From: Salinivirgaceae bacterium
GTDB lineage: Bacteria > Bacteroidota > Bacteroidia > Bacteroidales > SZUA-534
Assembly (NCBI GenBank): GCA_024405635.1
Contig: JAKSOL010000001.1
Location: forward strand, 1-64,000
Direction of reading: 5' to 3'
DNA length: 64,000 bases
The notes under the pieces were generated by a model, which saw nothing but the letters and a program-made list of their open reading frames with translations, searched no databases and had not been told where the DNA came from. This document shows, one piece after another, positions 9,843 through 19,457 of the stretch. Numbering within the stretch: position 1 is the stretch's first letter; the number at the start of each line of letters is the position of its first letter. Made by a program: the position numbers and the translations under genes.

Positions 9843-10442
9843 TTATTCGTTTATTGTAACGCCCTCAATTGACAATAGTTTGTTGCGCAATGTTTCGCTG
9901 TTCATCTTTCTGATTGACAATGTAATAGAACAAACATTGTCGTATTGTTGGTTGCGTTGTTCGGGCTGTTCGTCTTTAATTACTTTCATCACACTGTTCA
10001 TGGTTTCGTAGCCAAAACTGATGGTGAAGGTGTCCATTTCAAATTGTTCAACAATTTGGTTGTTGGCAATGGCATCGGCTGCAGCGCTGCGATAGGCGTT
10101 TATGAGTCCAGGTACACCAAGTTTAGTGCCGCCAAAGTATCGAACCACCACAATTAGTATGTTAGTTAGGTTGTTTGACTGAATTTGCCCCAAAACAGGA
10201 GGCCCCGAAGAGTTTGAAGGCTCGCCGTCGTCGCTGCATCGGTAGGTTTTCATGTCGCAGCCAAGTCGAAAAGCGTAAACGTGATGTCGGGCATCAAAGT
10301 AAGTCTTTTTAAGTTCCTTAATGAGTTCGCGCACTTCGTCTTCGGTGGTTACAGGGTAGGCAAAGGCCAAAAAACGGCTGCCTTTTTCTTTGTAAACACC
10401 CTCTGATGTTGTGGCAATGGTGAGAAACTTATCGTCGGTCAT
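9843..10442 (-). CDS. yigZ: YigZ/IMPACT family protein
   Basis: EKGSRF, ARHHVYA, SDDGEPS, VVRYFGGTKLGVPGLINAY. Confidence 0.93.
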   Translation of the reverse strand: MTDDKFLTIATTSEGVYKEKGSRFLAFAYPVTTEDEVRELIKELKKTYFDARHHVYAFRLGCDMKTYRCSDDGEPSNSSGPPVLGQIQSNNLTNILIVVVRYFGGTKLGVPGLINAYRSAAADAIANNQIVEQFEMDTFTISFGYETMNSVMKVIKDEQPEQRNQQYDNVCSITLSIRKMNSETLRNKLLSIEGVTINE

Positions 10443-10444
10443 AG

Positions 10445-11110
10445 TTATTTAATAATCAGGGAGTTGGTTATTTCGGCGGAGGCGTATTTTTTTAGCAGCG
10501 AGGTTGCAAAATCAATGGTTTGTTGCAAAGCAATGCCGCCGTCGTAAGCGTTAATCACCATAAGTAAGTGGCAAGTGTTGTCGCACATCGATGTGCGTTC
10601 TTCGTCGCTGGTTGGAGTGCCAAAAGTGCCTTTTGCATCGCGTAGGGCGGGCATGTTTTCAATGTTGATAATGCCACGACCAATGCCGTGGTACTCGTCG
10701 GCTGCTGTGCCAATGCTGGCCAAAACCGATGAGCCTACAATTCGGTCGGCATCAAAACCGCCAATGGAGTAGCCCGATTTAAGCGACACAAGGTTCACCA
10801 AATCGACTAGGGTGTTGATTCGGTAAAGGCTCAATCCTTTTACGGCGCGGCGCATCATTGATTCGGCGCTTGGGCGGTATCTGCTAGGTTCTTTTCCGCA
10901 GGTAACGTACATGGCGCGAGTGGCTGCAATTTGTGGCTGGTCTTTAATGCTTTCAAAAGTCAAGGTGTTGGCAATGTGAGAGCATAGGTTTTCAATTTCG
11001 GTCCACAAATCGTTGCTAGTGGGCGAGTTAGTAACGTTGGCCTCAATAACACCAAGTTGCATGGTTGGGTTCTTGGCTCGCAATTCGTTGCTTATGCTAA
11101 CTTTAATCAT
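10445..11110 (-). CDS. Stand-alone B3/B4 (PheRS beta editing-like) domain protein
   Basis: GKEPSRYRPSAE, INTLVDLVNLVS, SIGGFD, GIGRG, FGTPTSD. Confidence 0.85.
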   Translation of the reverse strand: MIKVSISNELRAKNPTMQLGVIEANVTNSPTSNDLWTEIENLCSHIANTLTFESIKDQPQIAATRAMYVTCGKEPSRYRPSAESMMRRAVKGLSLYRINTLVDLVNLVSLKSGYSIGGFDADRIVGSSVLASIGTAADEYHGIGRGIINIENMPALRDAKGTFGTPTSDEERTSMCDNTCHLLMVINAYDGGIALQQTIDFATSLLKKYASAEITNSLIIK

Positions 11111-11594
11111 CTGAGTTTCGGCTTGTTACAATTAGGTCGTCAACAATACATTCGGCAAAGCTAATAAGGTCGTCGGGAGCAATAATCAGTTGCATTCCGC
11201 GCACACCGGCACTTATGTATATTTGGTCGTAAAGCTGGCAACTTTCGTCAATAAAGGTTGGAAATTTCTTTTTCATGCCAATAGGCGAACAACCACCGCG
11301 AATGTATCCAGTGAGCCCTAAAAGTTCTTTAACGTGAATCATTGCAGCACTTTTGTTGCCCGATACTTTTGCGGCTTTTTTCAAATCGACCTCTTCGGCA
11401 CCAGGAATAACACAAACAAAAATGCCGTTTTTGTCGCCTCTAAGTACCAGTGTTTTAAATACTTGACCAATGTCTTGACCAAGTTGACTGGCAATGTGAA
11501 TGGCACTTAAATCGTTTTCATCAACCTCATATTCAGTAAGTTGATAGTTTATGCCAGCTTTTTCAAGCAATCGAACTGCGTTGGTTTTATTCAT
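11103..11594 (-). CDS. ybaK: Cys-tRNA(Pro) deacylase
   Basis: KTNAVRLL, VFKTLV, TGYIRGGCSPIGMKK, SAGVRG. Start placed at MNKT (11594). Confidence 0.93.
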   Translation of the reverse strand: MNKTNAVRLLEKAGINYQLTEYEVDENDLSAIHIASQLGQDIGQVFKTLVLRGDKNGIFVCVIPGAEEVDLKKAAKVSGNKSAAMIHVKELLGLTGYIRGGCSPIGMKKKFPTFIDESCQLYDQIYISAGVRGMQLIIAPDDLISFAECIVDDLIVTSRNSDD

Positions 11595-11668
11595 AAGTAG
11601 TTGTTTGGTGCAAAAATAAAGCATTTGCGCGCGTCATTTGTGCTAAATCCTTTTTCTTTGCACTCATT

Positions 11669-12460
11669 ATGATTTCGCAGCACAATATAGCAAGTTACGC
11701 GCATTGGATTTGGAATGCCCATAGCAAAAAAGGTCATGGCATTCATTCTCCTTTTCTTTTTAATCTGATAACCAATAGTTTGCACAAACCGCTTGAAGGT
11801 AATGGCTTTGGCGAAATAGAATTGTTGCGAAAACAGCTCGAATGTAACAAAACTGAATTGACAATCAGCGATTTAGGTTCGGGCTCAAAGTTTGCGAAGA
11901 ATGGCCGTAGAACAATTGCATCGGTTGCCAAACATAGCACATCGTCGGTTAGCGACGGGCGTTTGCTTGTAAGGTTGATGCAAACTACCGATGCTTGCAA
12001 TGTGGTTGAGGTTGGTACTTGTATTGGGTTGGGAACCAGTTATTTGGCAATGGCGGCTCGGCAGGGTAGAGTTACTACTATTGAAGGCTCGGCTGAGTTG
12101 GCAAATGTGGCTACCGAAACATTTAAAAAACTGAACATTAGCAATGTAGCTCAGATGGTTGGCGATGCATCGGTAAAACTTAAAGAGTTGGTGGCAAATG
12201 CCGATAAACTTGATTTTGTGTTTTTCGATGCTAATCATCGCAGCCAACCAACCATAGAGTATTTTAAACTGTGTTTGCCGTGTGTGTCAAATAATTCGGT
12301 GTTTGTTTTTGACGATATTCACAAGAATGCCGATATGGAGCAAGCGTGGCTTGAAATAATTGGAAACGAGAGAGTTACTTTGTCGCTCGATTTTTACACA
12401 ATGGGAGCTGTGTTTTTTCGTCGCGAGTTATCAAAGCAAAATATCTTGTTGCGTTATTAG
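11669..12460 (+). CDS. Class I SAM-dependent O-methyltransferase
   Basis: GHGIHSPF, VEVGTCIG, FFDANH, FDDIH. Confidence 0.88.
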   Translation: MISQHNIASYAHWIWNAHSKKGHGIHSPFLFNLITNSLHKPLEGNGFGEIELLRKQLECNKTELTISDLGSGSKFAKNGRRTIASVAKHSTSSVSDGRLLVRLMQTTDACNVVEVGTCIGLGTSYLAMAARQGRVTTIEGSAELANVATETFKKLNISNVAQMVGDASVKLKELVANADKLDFVFFDANHRSQPTIEYFKLCLPCVSNNSVFVFDDIHKNADMEQAWLEIIGNERVTLSLDFYTMGAVFFRRELSKQNILLRY

Positions 12461-14283
12461 TTTTCTCTAAGTTTTCGGAATCGCGAGCGAGCTTCGCGAA
12501 CAAAGATGCTGCTTTCGTATTCGCTCATAATGCGAAGGTAAATATTCATGGCAGCTTGGGTGTTGTTGTTTTGCTCTTCAATTTTAGCAATTTGCATTAG
12601 CGCGTTATCGGCCAGAATTTCGTATTGCCATTTTTGTGAAATTGTTTCAAAAAGACTTTTTGCGTTTGCGGTATCGCCTTGAACCATAATTATTTGAGCT
12701 TTCAAATAAAGCGCTTCGTCGTTTAGTGCATCTTCGGGATAAAGGGTTATTAAACTGTCGAGAGTGGCAAGCGCTTTGGTATTTTGGTGTTGGTAGTGAA
12801 GCAGGTCGGCCGAGGCATATAGTTGCATGGCGTGTTCGGTAGAATCGCCCCAACCGGTGTTTTCTTCAATTAAAAGCGACAAGGCGGCAGCATCGTTTGC
12901 AATGAACTTTTCGGTGCTGGCTTTCAGCGCGTTAAGTTGTGTTTGTGCCCAACCAAAATCGCCAATGTAGTAAGCCAGTTTGGCCTTGCGGAACTTAGCT
13001 TCGGCACCCACATCGTTGTTAGGATTGGCATCGGCAACGTGGGTGTAGGCTATTGTGGCATCAAACATTCGGCCTTGCATAAGGTACACGTCGGCAAGTT
13101 CAATTTCAATTTCTCCGCGGTCGGTTTTTGCAATGTCGCGGCGGTCTTTAATGTCTTCAAGCAGAAATTGTGCGTCGGCAGTTTTGTTTAGGTAAAAGGC
13201 CTTTAGTTTGGCAAGGTTGCGCACCATGTCAATGTTGTCGGCGCTTATTCCTTCTTCGTCAAGAGCTGTGGTAATTGCTTCTTCAAGTCGTTCGTAATCG
13301 GCAATTGAGTTGTCTAATTCAAGTTCGATGCGAGTAAACATTACTTGCAACATTTCGCTACGAGCGGCAAACATAAACTCACGGTTTCTACAATTTTCAA
13401 TAGCGTATTGGTAAGCGGCAATGGCGGTGTTAAAGTCGTTGCCAGTTGTGGCTTGTCGTGCCAGTTCAACCACTCGGCGGCCACCTTCTTCAAGTCGTCG
13501 GTCAAGTGCTTTAACCTGAAAAAGAGCCATTTCGTATTCGCCTTGCTGAACCATAAGCCACACAAGCAGTTCGGCAAACACAGTTCGGTCGGGGTAGATT
13601 TGCGTGTATTTCAGCAGTTTGCTTTTTAGCAAATCGACCAGGCTATTGTCGATGTCGTTGTAAACGGCGGCTTGAAGGTGGTTTTGTACATTTTGCAAAA
13701 AGTCGTCGCTAACGCGCAGTTGTTCAAGATATTCGTCAATCATCTTGCTATAGTTGCGCTGATACATATACACTTGCGCCAATTCGGTGTGAAATGGATA
13801 TGTTGAAACTTTGCGGCCCTCGATGTAAACCTGCTCGGCATATTGGTACAACCCTTTGTTAATGAACCCATTGGCCAAGGTTGTTATTTGCGAGGCATCG
13901 GCTTCAATTTTTTTAATTAACTGATTGTAAAGCTTTTCGGCTTTTTCTTCGCGCTTGGTTTTTGAGTAAACATAGCCCAAGTCTATAACATACTTGGGAT
14001 TTTGCTTTGTGGCTTTAAGTTGCTTGTTTACAAGAACTTCGGCTTCAGAAAAATTACTTGTATGAATAAGGCACGAGTACAAGTATGAGTAATAAACGTC
14101 GCTGCCCGTTTGGTTAAAAAGTTGAGAAAAAATGTCGCCAGCCTTTTGGTAGTCGCCGTTGCGGTAGTATTGCATTGCAAGTTGGTTTGGTGTTAAAGGT
14201 TGCGACTTGGGCTTTTGTTGAGCTGATGCGCCAACGCAAAAGCAAGCAAGCAGCAATGCCACACAAAACCGATGCAATTTCAT
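12457..14283 (-). CDS. Exported TPR protein
   Basis: Signal peptide and repeated TPR-like helices; LKAST...IANDA motif. Confidence 0.82.
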   Translation of the reverse strand: MKLHRFCVALLLACFCVGASAQQKPKSQPLTPNQLAMQYYRNGDYQKAGDIFSQLFNQTGSDVYYSYLYSCLIHTSNFSEAEVLVNKQLKATKQNPKYVIDLGYVYSKTKREEKAEKLYNQLIKKIEADASQITTLANGFINKGLYQYAEQVYIEGRKVSTYPFHTELAQVYMYQRNYSKMIDEYLEQLRVSDDFLQNVQNHLQAAVYNDIDNSLVDLLKSKLLKYTQIYPDRTVFAELLVWLMVQQGEYEMALFQVKALDRRLEEGGRRVVELARQATTGNDFNTAIAAYQYAIENCRNREFMFAARSEMLQVMFTRIELELDNSIADYERLEEAITTALDEEGISADNIDMVRNLAKLKAFYLNKTADAQFLLEDIKDRRDIAKTDRGEIEIELADVYLMQGRMFDATIAYTHVADANPNNDVGAEAKFRKAKLAYYIGDFGWAQTQLNALKASTEKFIANDAAALSLLIEENTGWGDSTEHAMQLYASADLLHYQHQNTKALATLDSLITLYPEDALNDEALYLKAQIIMVQGDTANAKSLFETISQKWQYEILADNALMQIAKIEEQNNNTQAAMNIYLRIMSEYESSIFVREARSRFRKLREN

Positions 14284-14301
14284 ACCGTTCTGCTGTAAAA
14301 A

Positions 14302-14760
14302 TTATCTCAATCGGTCGGCCGATTTTACAAGGTCGTCGTCTTTTTTAATGCCGCGATATGCAAGATATTGCAACACTATCATAATTACAGGAGCCGCTAG
14401 CCACAAGTCTAAACCATTGAAATCGGAATTCAAACTGCTTTTTAATGCGCTAAACGAGCCAATCATGAGTGCAAGTTGTGCAATGCAAAGTACAATGTTG
14501 ATGCGAGTTACAAGCATTTGTTTGGTGCGGTTGCGGAACATAAAAATTGCAATTACAGTAAGCAAAAGTAGCGAGGTTGAAATAGCAGCAAGAGGCACCA
14601 ACTTTGCGTTTAATCCGGCGTTGGGAATGGTGTGGCAAACGGTGGCGGTTATAATGCTATCGGGATTGTTGATGTTAAAAGATGCAAAAGGGTGGCTAAA
14701 AAGAACAGCACAAATTGCAGCCGAAATAATTAGATAAATGGTTTGAATGCGTTGAATCAT
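14302..14760 (-). CDS. DUF4293 family membrane protein
   Basis: MIQRIQTIYL start and LAYRGIKKDDDLVKSADRLR end. Confidence 0.88.
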   Translation of the reverse strand: MIQRIQTIYLIISAAICAVLFSHPFASFNINNPDSIITATVCHTIPNAGLNAKLVPLAAISTSLLLLTVIAIFMFRNRTKQMLVTRINIVLCIAQLALMIGSFSALKSSLNSDFNGLDLWLAAPVIMIVLQYLAYRGIKKDDDLVKSADRLR

Positions 14761-14762
14761 AG

Positions 14763-15299
14763 CTATTTGTTTTTTAGGATTTCACGTTTAATATATTCAT
14801 TGGTAGCTTCCTCGCCGTGTTCGGCAAGATGAGTAAGCAACTGTCGCAAAAGAGCAGCAGTGTCGTCGTGCATCAAATATTTGGGCAATCCACGTTCAAA
14901 ATACTCAAGAGCACTGCGGTTGGTGTATTTTTCTTTTTGATAGGTTTTGCAAGCAGCCACGCGGTCGCAGTACATTTCAACTACGTAGTTTACAGGCATT
15001 TTCAAACCAACCATTTTTTCGCCAGGATTAAAACCAAAGTCAATCCAATATTCAAAATGATGCTTGTTACGCCCTTTGTGATGCAACCAAGATAGCGAGT
15101 AACCTTTTTCAATTCGCTCGGCGGCATTTGGGCTACGGTCGCCTTGAAAATAACGCACACCAGTAAAGAATTCGATTGGCGAAAACTTTGACAAATCGTG
15201 CATTAGGCCTTGCTTGTATAGCCCAACATTAAAGCAACCACGCATTACCAAATGGCGGTGATGCAATATGGTTCGTAAGTGTCCAAAAAATTTGTTCAT
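14763..15299 (-). CDS. DUF5662 family HD-like protein
   Basis: HH...HDLSKFSP.EF, WLHHKGRNKHH, EMYCDR. Confidence 0.75.
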   Translation of the reverse strand: MNKFFGHLRTILHHRHLVMRGCFNVGLYKQGLMHDLSKFSPIEFFTGVRYFQGDRSPNAAERIEKGYSLSWLHHKGRNKHHFEYWIDFGFNPGEKMVGLKMPVNYVVEMYCDRVAACKTYQKEKYTNRSALEYFERGLPKYLMHDDTAALLRQLLTHLAEHGEEATNEYIKREILKNK

Positions 15300-15546
15300 A
15301 GTGCCGCAAATGTAAAGCAATTCTTTGGGGGAGCAACTGCTTGTTATATCGCAATTAAAATGTGTTTATGTAGAGCAATGGTCATACCCAAAAGCAAATG
15401 TTTGATATTTTTGCACACATGCTTTAATTCTTAACAAAATGTTAAACCGTGGTTAAAGTCTGTTAAATATGTTTTGGTGTGCAAATGTTTTTTCAAATTT
15501 GTTGCATCAAATGCTTAAAAAAGTAAACACACATTAAATAAATACT

Positions 15547-16542
15547 ATGAGCGAAATTGTTGATATTAAAGAACTTAACGACCGCATTCAGCGCGAAAGT
15601 TCATTTGTCGACCTTATCACTATGGAAATGAACAAGGTGATTGTTGGTCAAAAACATCTTACCGAAAGTTTGTTGATTGGTCTTTTGAGCGATGGCCACA
15701 TTCTGCTCGAGGGCTTGCCAGGCTTGGCAAAAACATTGGCAATCAATACTTTGGCTAAAATTGTAGATGCAGGATTCAATCGCATTCAGTTTACTCCCGA
15801 CCTTTTGCCTGCCGATGTTATTGGTACAATGATTTACAGCCAAAAGACCGAAGAGTTTCAAGTAAAAAAAGGCCCAATATTCACAAACTTTGTATTGGCC
15901 GACGAGATAAACCGTGCTCCTGCCAAAGTGCAAAGTGCTTTGCTTGAGGCAATGCAAGAAAAGCAAGTTACCATTGGCGACAGCACTTTTAAACTCGAAA
16001 AACCATTCCTTGTAATGGCCACACAAAACCCAATTGAGCAAGAAGGAACCTATCCACTACCAGAGGCTCAAATGGACCGCTTTATGTTGAAGGTTATTAT
16101 TTCGTATCCAAAGAAAGAAGAAGAGCAACTTATTGTGCGTCAAAACATTTCGCGCAATTTCCCAACTCCTAGCAAAATTCTTTCAACCGACGATATTGTA
16201 AAAGCTCGCGACATTGTGAAAGATGTTTACATGGACGAAAAAATAGAGCGCTACATTGTTGATATAGTTTTTGCAACACGTTACCCAAGCGACTATGGTC
16301 TTGATAACCTGAAAGATATGATTGCGTTTGGTGGTTCGCCTCGCGCAAGCATCAACTTGTCAAAAGCAGCAAAGGCCTACGCGTTCATTAAACGCCGAGG
16401 CTACGTTGTTCCTGAAGATGTGCGTGCTGTTTGCCACGATGTACTTCGTCACCGCATTGGTTTAACTTACCAAGCCGAGGCTGAAAACATAACCGCCGAA
16501 GATATTATAAACGAGATTTTGAACAAAGTTGAAGTTCCATAG
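15547..16542 (+). CDS. moxR: MoxR family AAA+ ATPase
   Basis: GLPGLAKT, RIQFTPDLLPAD, DEINRAPAKVQSALLEAM, ATQNPIEQEGTYPLPEAQ. Confidence 0.96.
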   Translation: MSEIVDIKELNDRIQRESSFVDLITMEMNKVIVGQKHLTESLLIGLLSDGHILLEGLPGLAKTLAINTLAKIVDAGFNRIQFTPDLLPADVIGTMIYSQKTEEFQVKKGPIFTNFVLADEINRAPAKVQSALLEAMQEKQVTIGDSTFKLEKPFLVMATQNPIEQEGTYPLPEAQMDRFMLKVIISYPKKEEEQLIVRQNISRNFPTPSKILSTDDIVKARDIVKDVYMDEKIERYIVDIVFATRYPSDYGLDNLKDMIAFGGSPRASINLSKAAKAYAFIKRRGYVVPEDVRAVCHDVLRHRIGLTYQAEAENITAEDIINEILNKVEVP

Positions 16543-16585
16543 TTGGTTTGTGTGTAACTTGTTGTAATTAAATTAGTTGATTATT

Positions 16586-17455
16586 ATGGAAACTTCCGAA
16601 CTGCTGAAAAAAGTACGCCATATTGAAATTAAGACTCGAGGATTGAGCAACCAGATTTTTGCGGGCGAATATCATAGCGCTTTCAAAGGTAAAGGTATGA
16701 CATTCAGCGAGGTGCGCGAGTATCAGTACGGCGATGCTATTCGCGATGTTGACTGGAACGTTACCGCACGATTCAATCACCCATTTATTAAGGTGTTTGA
16801 AGAGGAGCGTGAATTAACAGTAATGTTGTTGATTGATGTGAGTGGTTCGCGCAACTTTGGCACCCGTAGCCAATACAAATCGGAGTTGATGACTGAAATT
16901 GCGGCAGTGTTGTCGTTTTCGGCCATAAACAATAACGATAAAATTGGCGTTATAATGTTTAGCAACAAGGTTGAAAAGTTTATTCCACCGCAAAAAGGTC
17001 GCAAACATATTCTGCGAATTATACAAGAATTGCTTGATTTTGAACCAACTAGCCAAACAACAAACATTTCGGCGGCTCTTGAATTCTTTACCAATGCGGT
17101 AAAAAAACGTTGCATTGCATTTGTGATTTCAGACTTTATCGACACCAATTTTAAAGATGCACTCACCATTGCATCGCGTAAACACGATGTGGTGGCATTG
17201 CGCCTATTTGACCAACGCGAAACAGAGATGCCAAACATTGGCTTGGTGCAAATGGCCGATGCCGAAACCGGTGAAAATCAGTGGGTTGATACGTCAAGCC
17301 GCGCGGTTCGCGAGTCGTATGCCAACTGGTGGCAAAACCATACTGCCGAAGTTGAGCGCACTTTTAAGCGCAGCGGAGTTGATTATGCGTCGGTTGCAAC
17401 TGGCGACGATTATATTAAACCGCTTATGAATTTGTTTAAACATCGCGGTGCATAG
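16586..17455 (+). CDS. DUF58 vWA-like protein
   Basis: GEYHSAFKGKGMTFSEVREY, DWNVTAR, DVSGS. Confidence 0.93.
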   Translation: METSELLKKVRHIEIKTRGLSNQIFAGEYHSAFKGKGMTFSEVREYQYGDAIRDVDWNVTARFNHPFIKVFEEERELTVMLLIDVSGSRNFGTRSQYKSELMTEIAAVLSFSAINNNDKIGVIMFSNKVEKFIPPQKGRKHILRIIQELLDFEPTSQTTNISAALEFFTNAVKKRCIAFVISDFIDTNFKDALTIASRKHDVVALRLFDQRETEMPNIGLVQMADAETGENQWVDTSSRAVRESYANWWQNHTAEVERTFKRSGVDYASVATGDDYIKPLMNLFKHRGA

Positions 17456-17469
17456 TTAATTTGTTAGTA

Positions 17470-18444
17470 ATGAAACGATTACAAAAAATAATTCTGTTCT
17501 TGCTCTTTGGCCTTTCAAGCGTTATGCAAGCCAATGCTCAGGTAAAAATATCAGCATCAATCGATACTGTTATGCTGCTTATTGGCGATCAAACAACGCT
17601 CCGATTATCAGCAACTTACCCCGAAGGTATGGCTGTGCAAATGCCAATTTTAACCGATACCATTATCCGTCAACTTGAAGTGATTGAAGCATCAACCTTC
17701 GACACAACAACTGTTAATGGACAAGTGATTATAAATCAGGCTTATGTGGTTACAAGTTTCGATAGTGGTTATTATCAAATTCCGCAATTTCCATTAGCAA
17801 TTACAATGCCCGATGGCTCGTTTGATACCATTTACTCAAACAACTTGTATTTTGGTGTAATGACAATGCCAATTGATACCACTCAACCTAATGCCATTGC
17901 CGATATTAGGGCGCTTGAAGAAGCTCCTGTTACTTTTAAAGAGGTGTTGCCATGGTTGCTTTACTCGTTGCTAGGCATTCTGATTGTGGCGTTGGTTTAT
18001 CTGCTTGTTCGCAAGTTGGGCGGCAAAGAGTCAATCTTTATGGTTAAAGAGGCTCCAAAAGAACCCGCACACGTTATTGCCTTGCGCGACCTTGATACCC
18101 TAAAAGAGCAAAAGTTGTGGCAACGTGGGTTGACTAAAGAATACTATTCGTCTCTGGTTGACATTCTGCGTGTTTATCTCGACAACCGATTCAACATTCA
18201 GGCAATGGAAAGCACGTCAGAAGAAATATTGCGGGCAGTTGGTCCTTGCTCTGAAATAACCCGAGAACAGAAAGATGAACTGAAACAACTGCTTTATCGT
18301 GCCGACTTTGTAAAGTTTGCAAAGGCATCGGCTTTGGCCAACGAGAACGAGGATAGTTATTGTTTTGTTGAAGGATTTGTGGTTAGCACAAAATTAGTTG
18401 AGCAACTACACGAAGATGCTGATAATAAGCAGAATAAAGAATAA
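17470..18444 (+). CDS. bat-operon membrane-anchored hypothetical protein
   Basis: Signal peptide, one TM, ADFVKFAK motif; lies between DUF58 and batA. Confidence 0.8.
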   Translation: MKRLQKIILFLLFGLSSVMQANAQVKISASIDTVMLLIGDQTTLRLSATYPEGMAVQMPILTDTIIRQLEVIEASTFDTTTVNGQVIINQAYVVTSFDSGYYQIPQFPLAITMPDGSFDTIYSNNLYFGVMTMPIDTTQPNAIADIRALEEAPVTFKEVLPWLLYSLLGILIVALVYLLVRKLGGKESIFMVKEAPKEPAHVIALRDLDTLKEQKLWQRGLTKEYYSSLVDILRVYLDNRFNIQAMESTSEEILRAVGPCSEITREQKDELKQLLYRADFVKFAKASALANENEDSYCFVEGFVVSTKLVEQLHEDADNKQNKE

Positions 18445-18446
18445 TA

Positions 18447-19445
18447 ATGATGGAGAATATAACTTTCAATAATCCAAATTTGCTCTACTTGCTACTGTTG
18501 CTTGTGCCAATGGTGGTGTGGTATGTGTGGCGCAACAAAAATATGAGCGCAACCATTCGCATGTCAACAATGAAAGGTTTGGCATCGGCACCTAAAACTG
18601 CAAGAATATACCTGCGTCATGCTCCATTTACATTGCGAGCATTGGCAATGGCAATGTTTGTAGTAGCCTTGGCTCGTCCACAATCAACCGACAATTGGAG
18701 CAACACCACAACCGAGGGCATCGACATTGTTATTGCACTTGACGTTTCAACTAGTATGTTGGCCGAAGATTTTAAGCCAAACCGACTTGAAGCTGCCAAA
18801 AACGACGCAATAAAGTTTGTTTCGGGTCGTCCAAACGACCGCATCGGTTTAGTTGTTTTTGCTGGCGAAAGTTTTACCCAGTGCCCGCTCACAACCGACC
18901 ATTCGGTGCTTATAAATCTTATTAAAGACGTAAAAAGTGGCCTGATTGAAGATGGCACTGCAATAGGCCATGGTTTGGCAACTTCAACTAGTAGGTTGAA
19001 AGAGTCGGATGCGGTGAGCAAAGTGGTGATACTAATGACCGACGGAGTTAACAATCAAGGCGAAATACCACCGCTTACTGCAGCCGAAGTTGCAAAAGCA
19101 ATGGGTGTGCGCGTTTATACCATTGGCGTTGGCACTCAGGGCGAGGCTCCTTATCCGTTTCGCGACCAATTTGGTAACAAACACTACCAAAATGTTGAGG
19201 TTGAAATTGACGAAGAAGTGCTTAGCCAAATTGCTCAAATAACCGATGGCCAATACTTTAGAGCCACAAACAACAAGCGTTTGCACGAAGTGTATGAGGT
19301 GATTGACCAACTTGAAAAATCGAAAATAGAAACCAAAGAATACAGCAAAAAGAACGAGGAATACTTTGTATGGCTCTTGGCCGGAATAGCTCTTTTTGCT
19401 GCCGAATTGTTATTGCGTAACACCATTTTGCGCAATGTTCCTTAA
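18447..19445 (+). CDS. batA: BatA vWA protein
   Basis: LARPQ, DVSTSM, NRLEAAK, TDGVNN. Confidence 0.92.
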   Translation: MMENITFNNPNLLYLLLLLVPMVVWYVWRNKNMSATIRMSTMKGLASAPKTARIYLRHAPFTLRALAMAMFVVALARPQSTDNWSNTTTEGIDIVIALDVSTSMLAEDFKPNRLEAAKNDAIKFVSGRPNDRIGLVVFAGESFTQCPLTTDHSVLINLIKDVKSGLIEDGTAIGHGLATSTSRLKESDAVSKVVILMTDGVNNQGEIPPLTAAEVAKAMGVRVYTIGVGTQGEAPYPFRDQFGNKHYQNVEVEIDEEVLSQIAQITDGQYFRATNNKRLHEVYEVIDQLEKSKIETKEYSKKNEEYFVWLLAGIALFAAELLLRNTILRNVP

Positions 19446-19457
19446 AACCGAAAAACT

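Noticed and set aside
9585-10011. Small + strand ORFs spanning the downstream repeat array
   Set aside because: The periodic peptide merely translates the DNA repeats, and the second ORF overlaps yigZ antisense.
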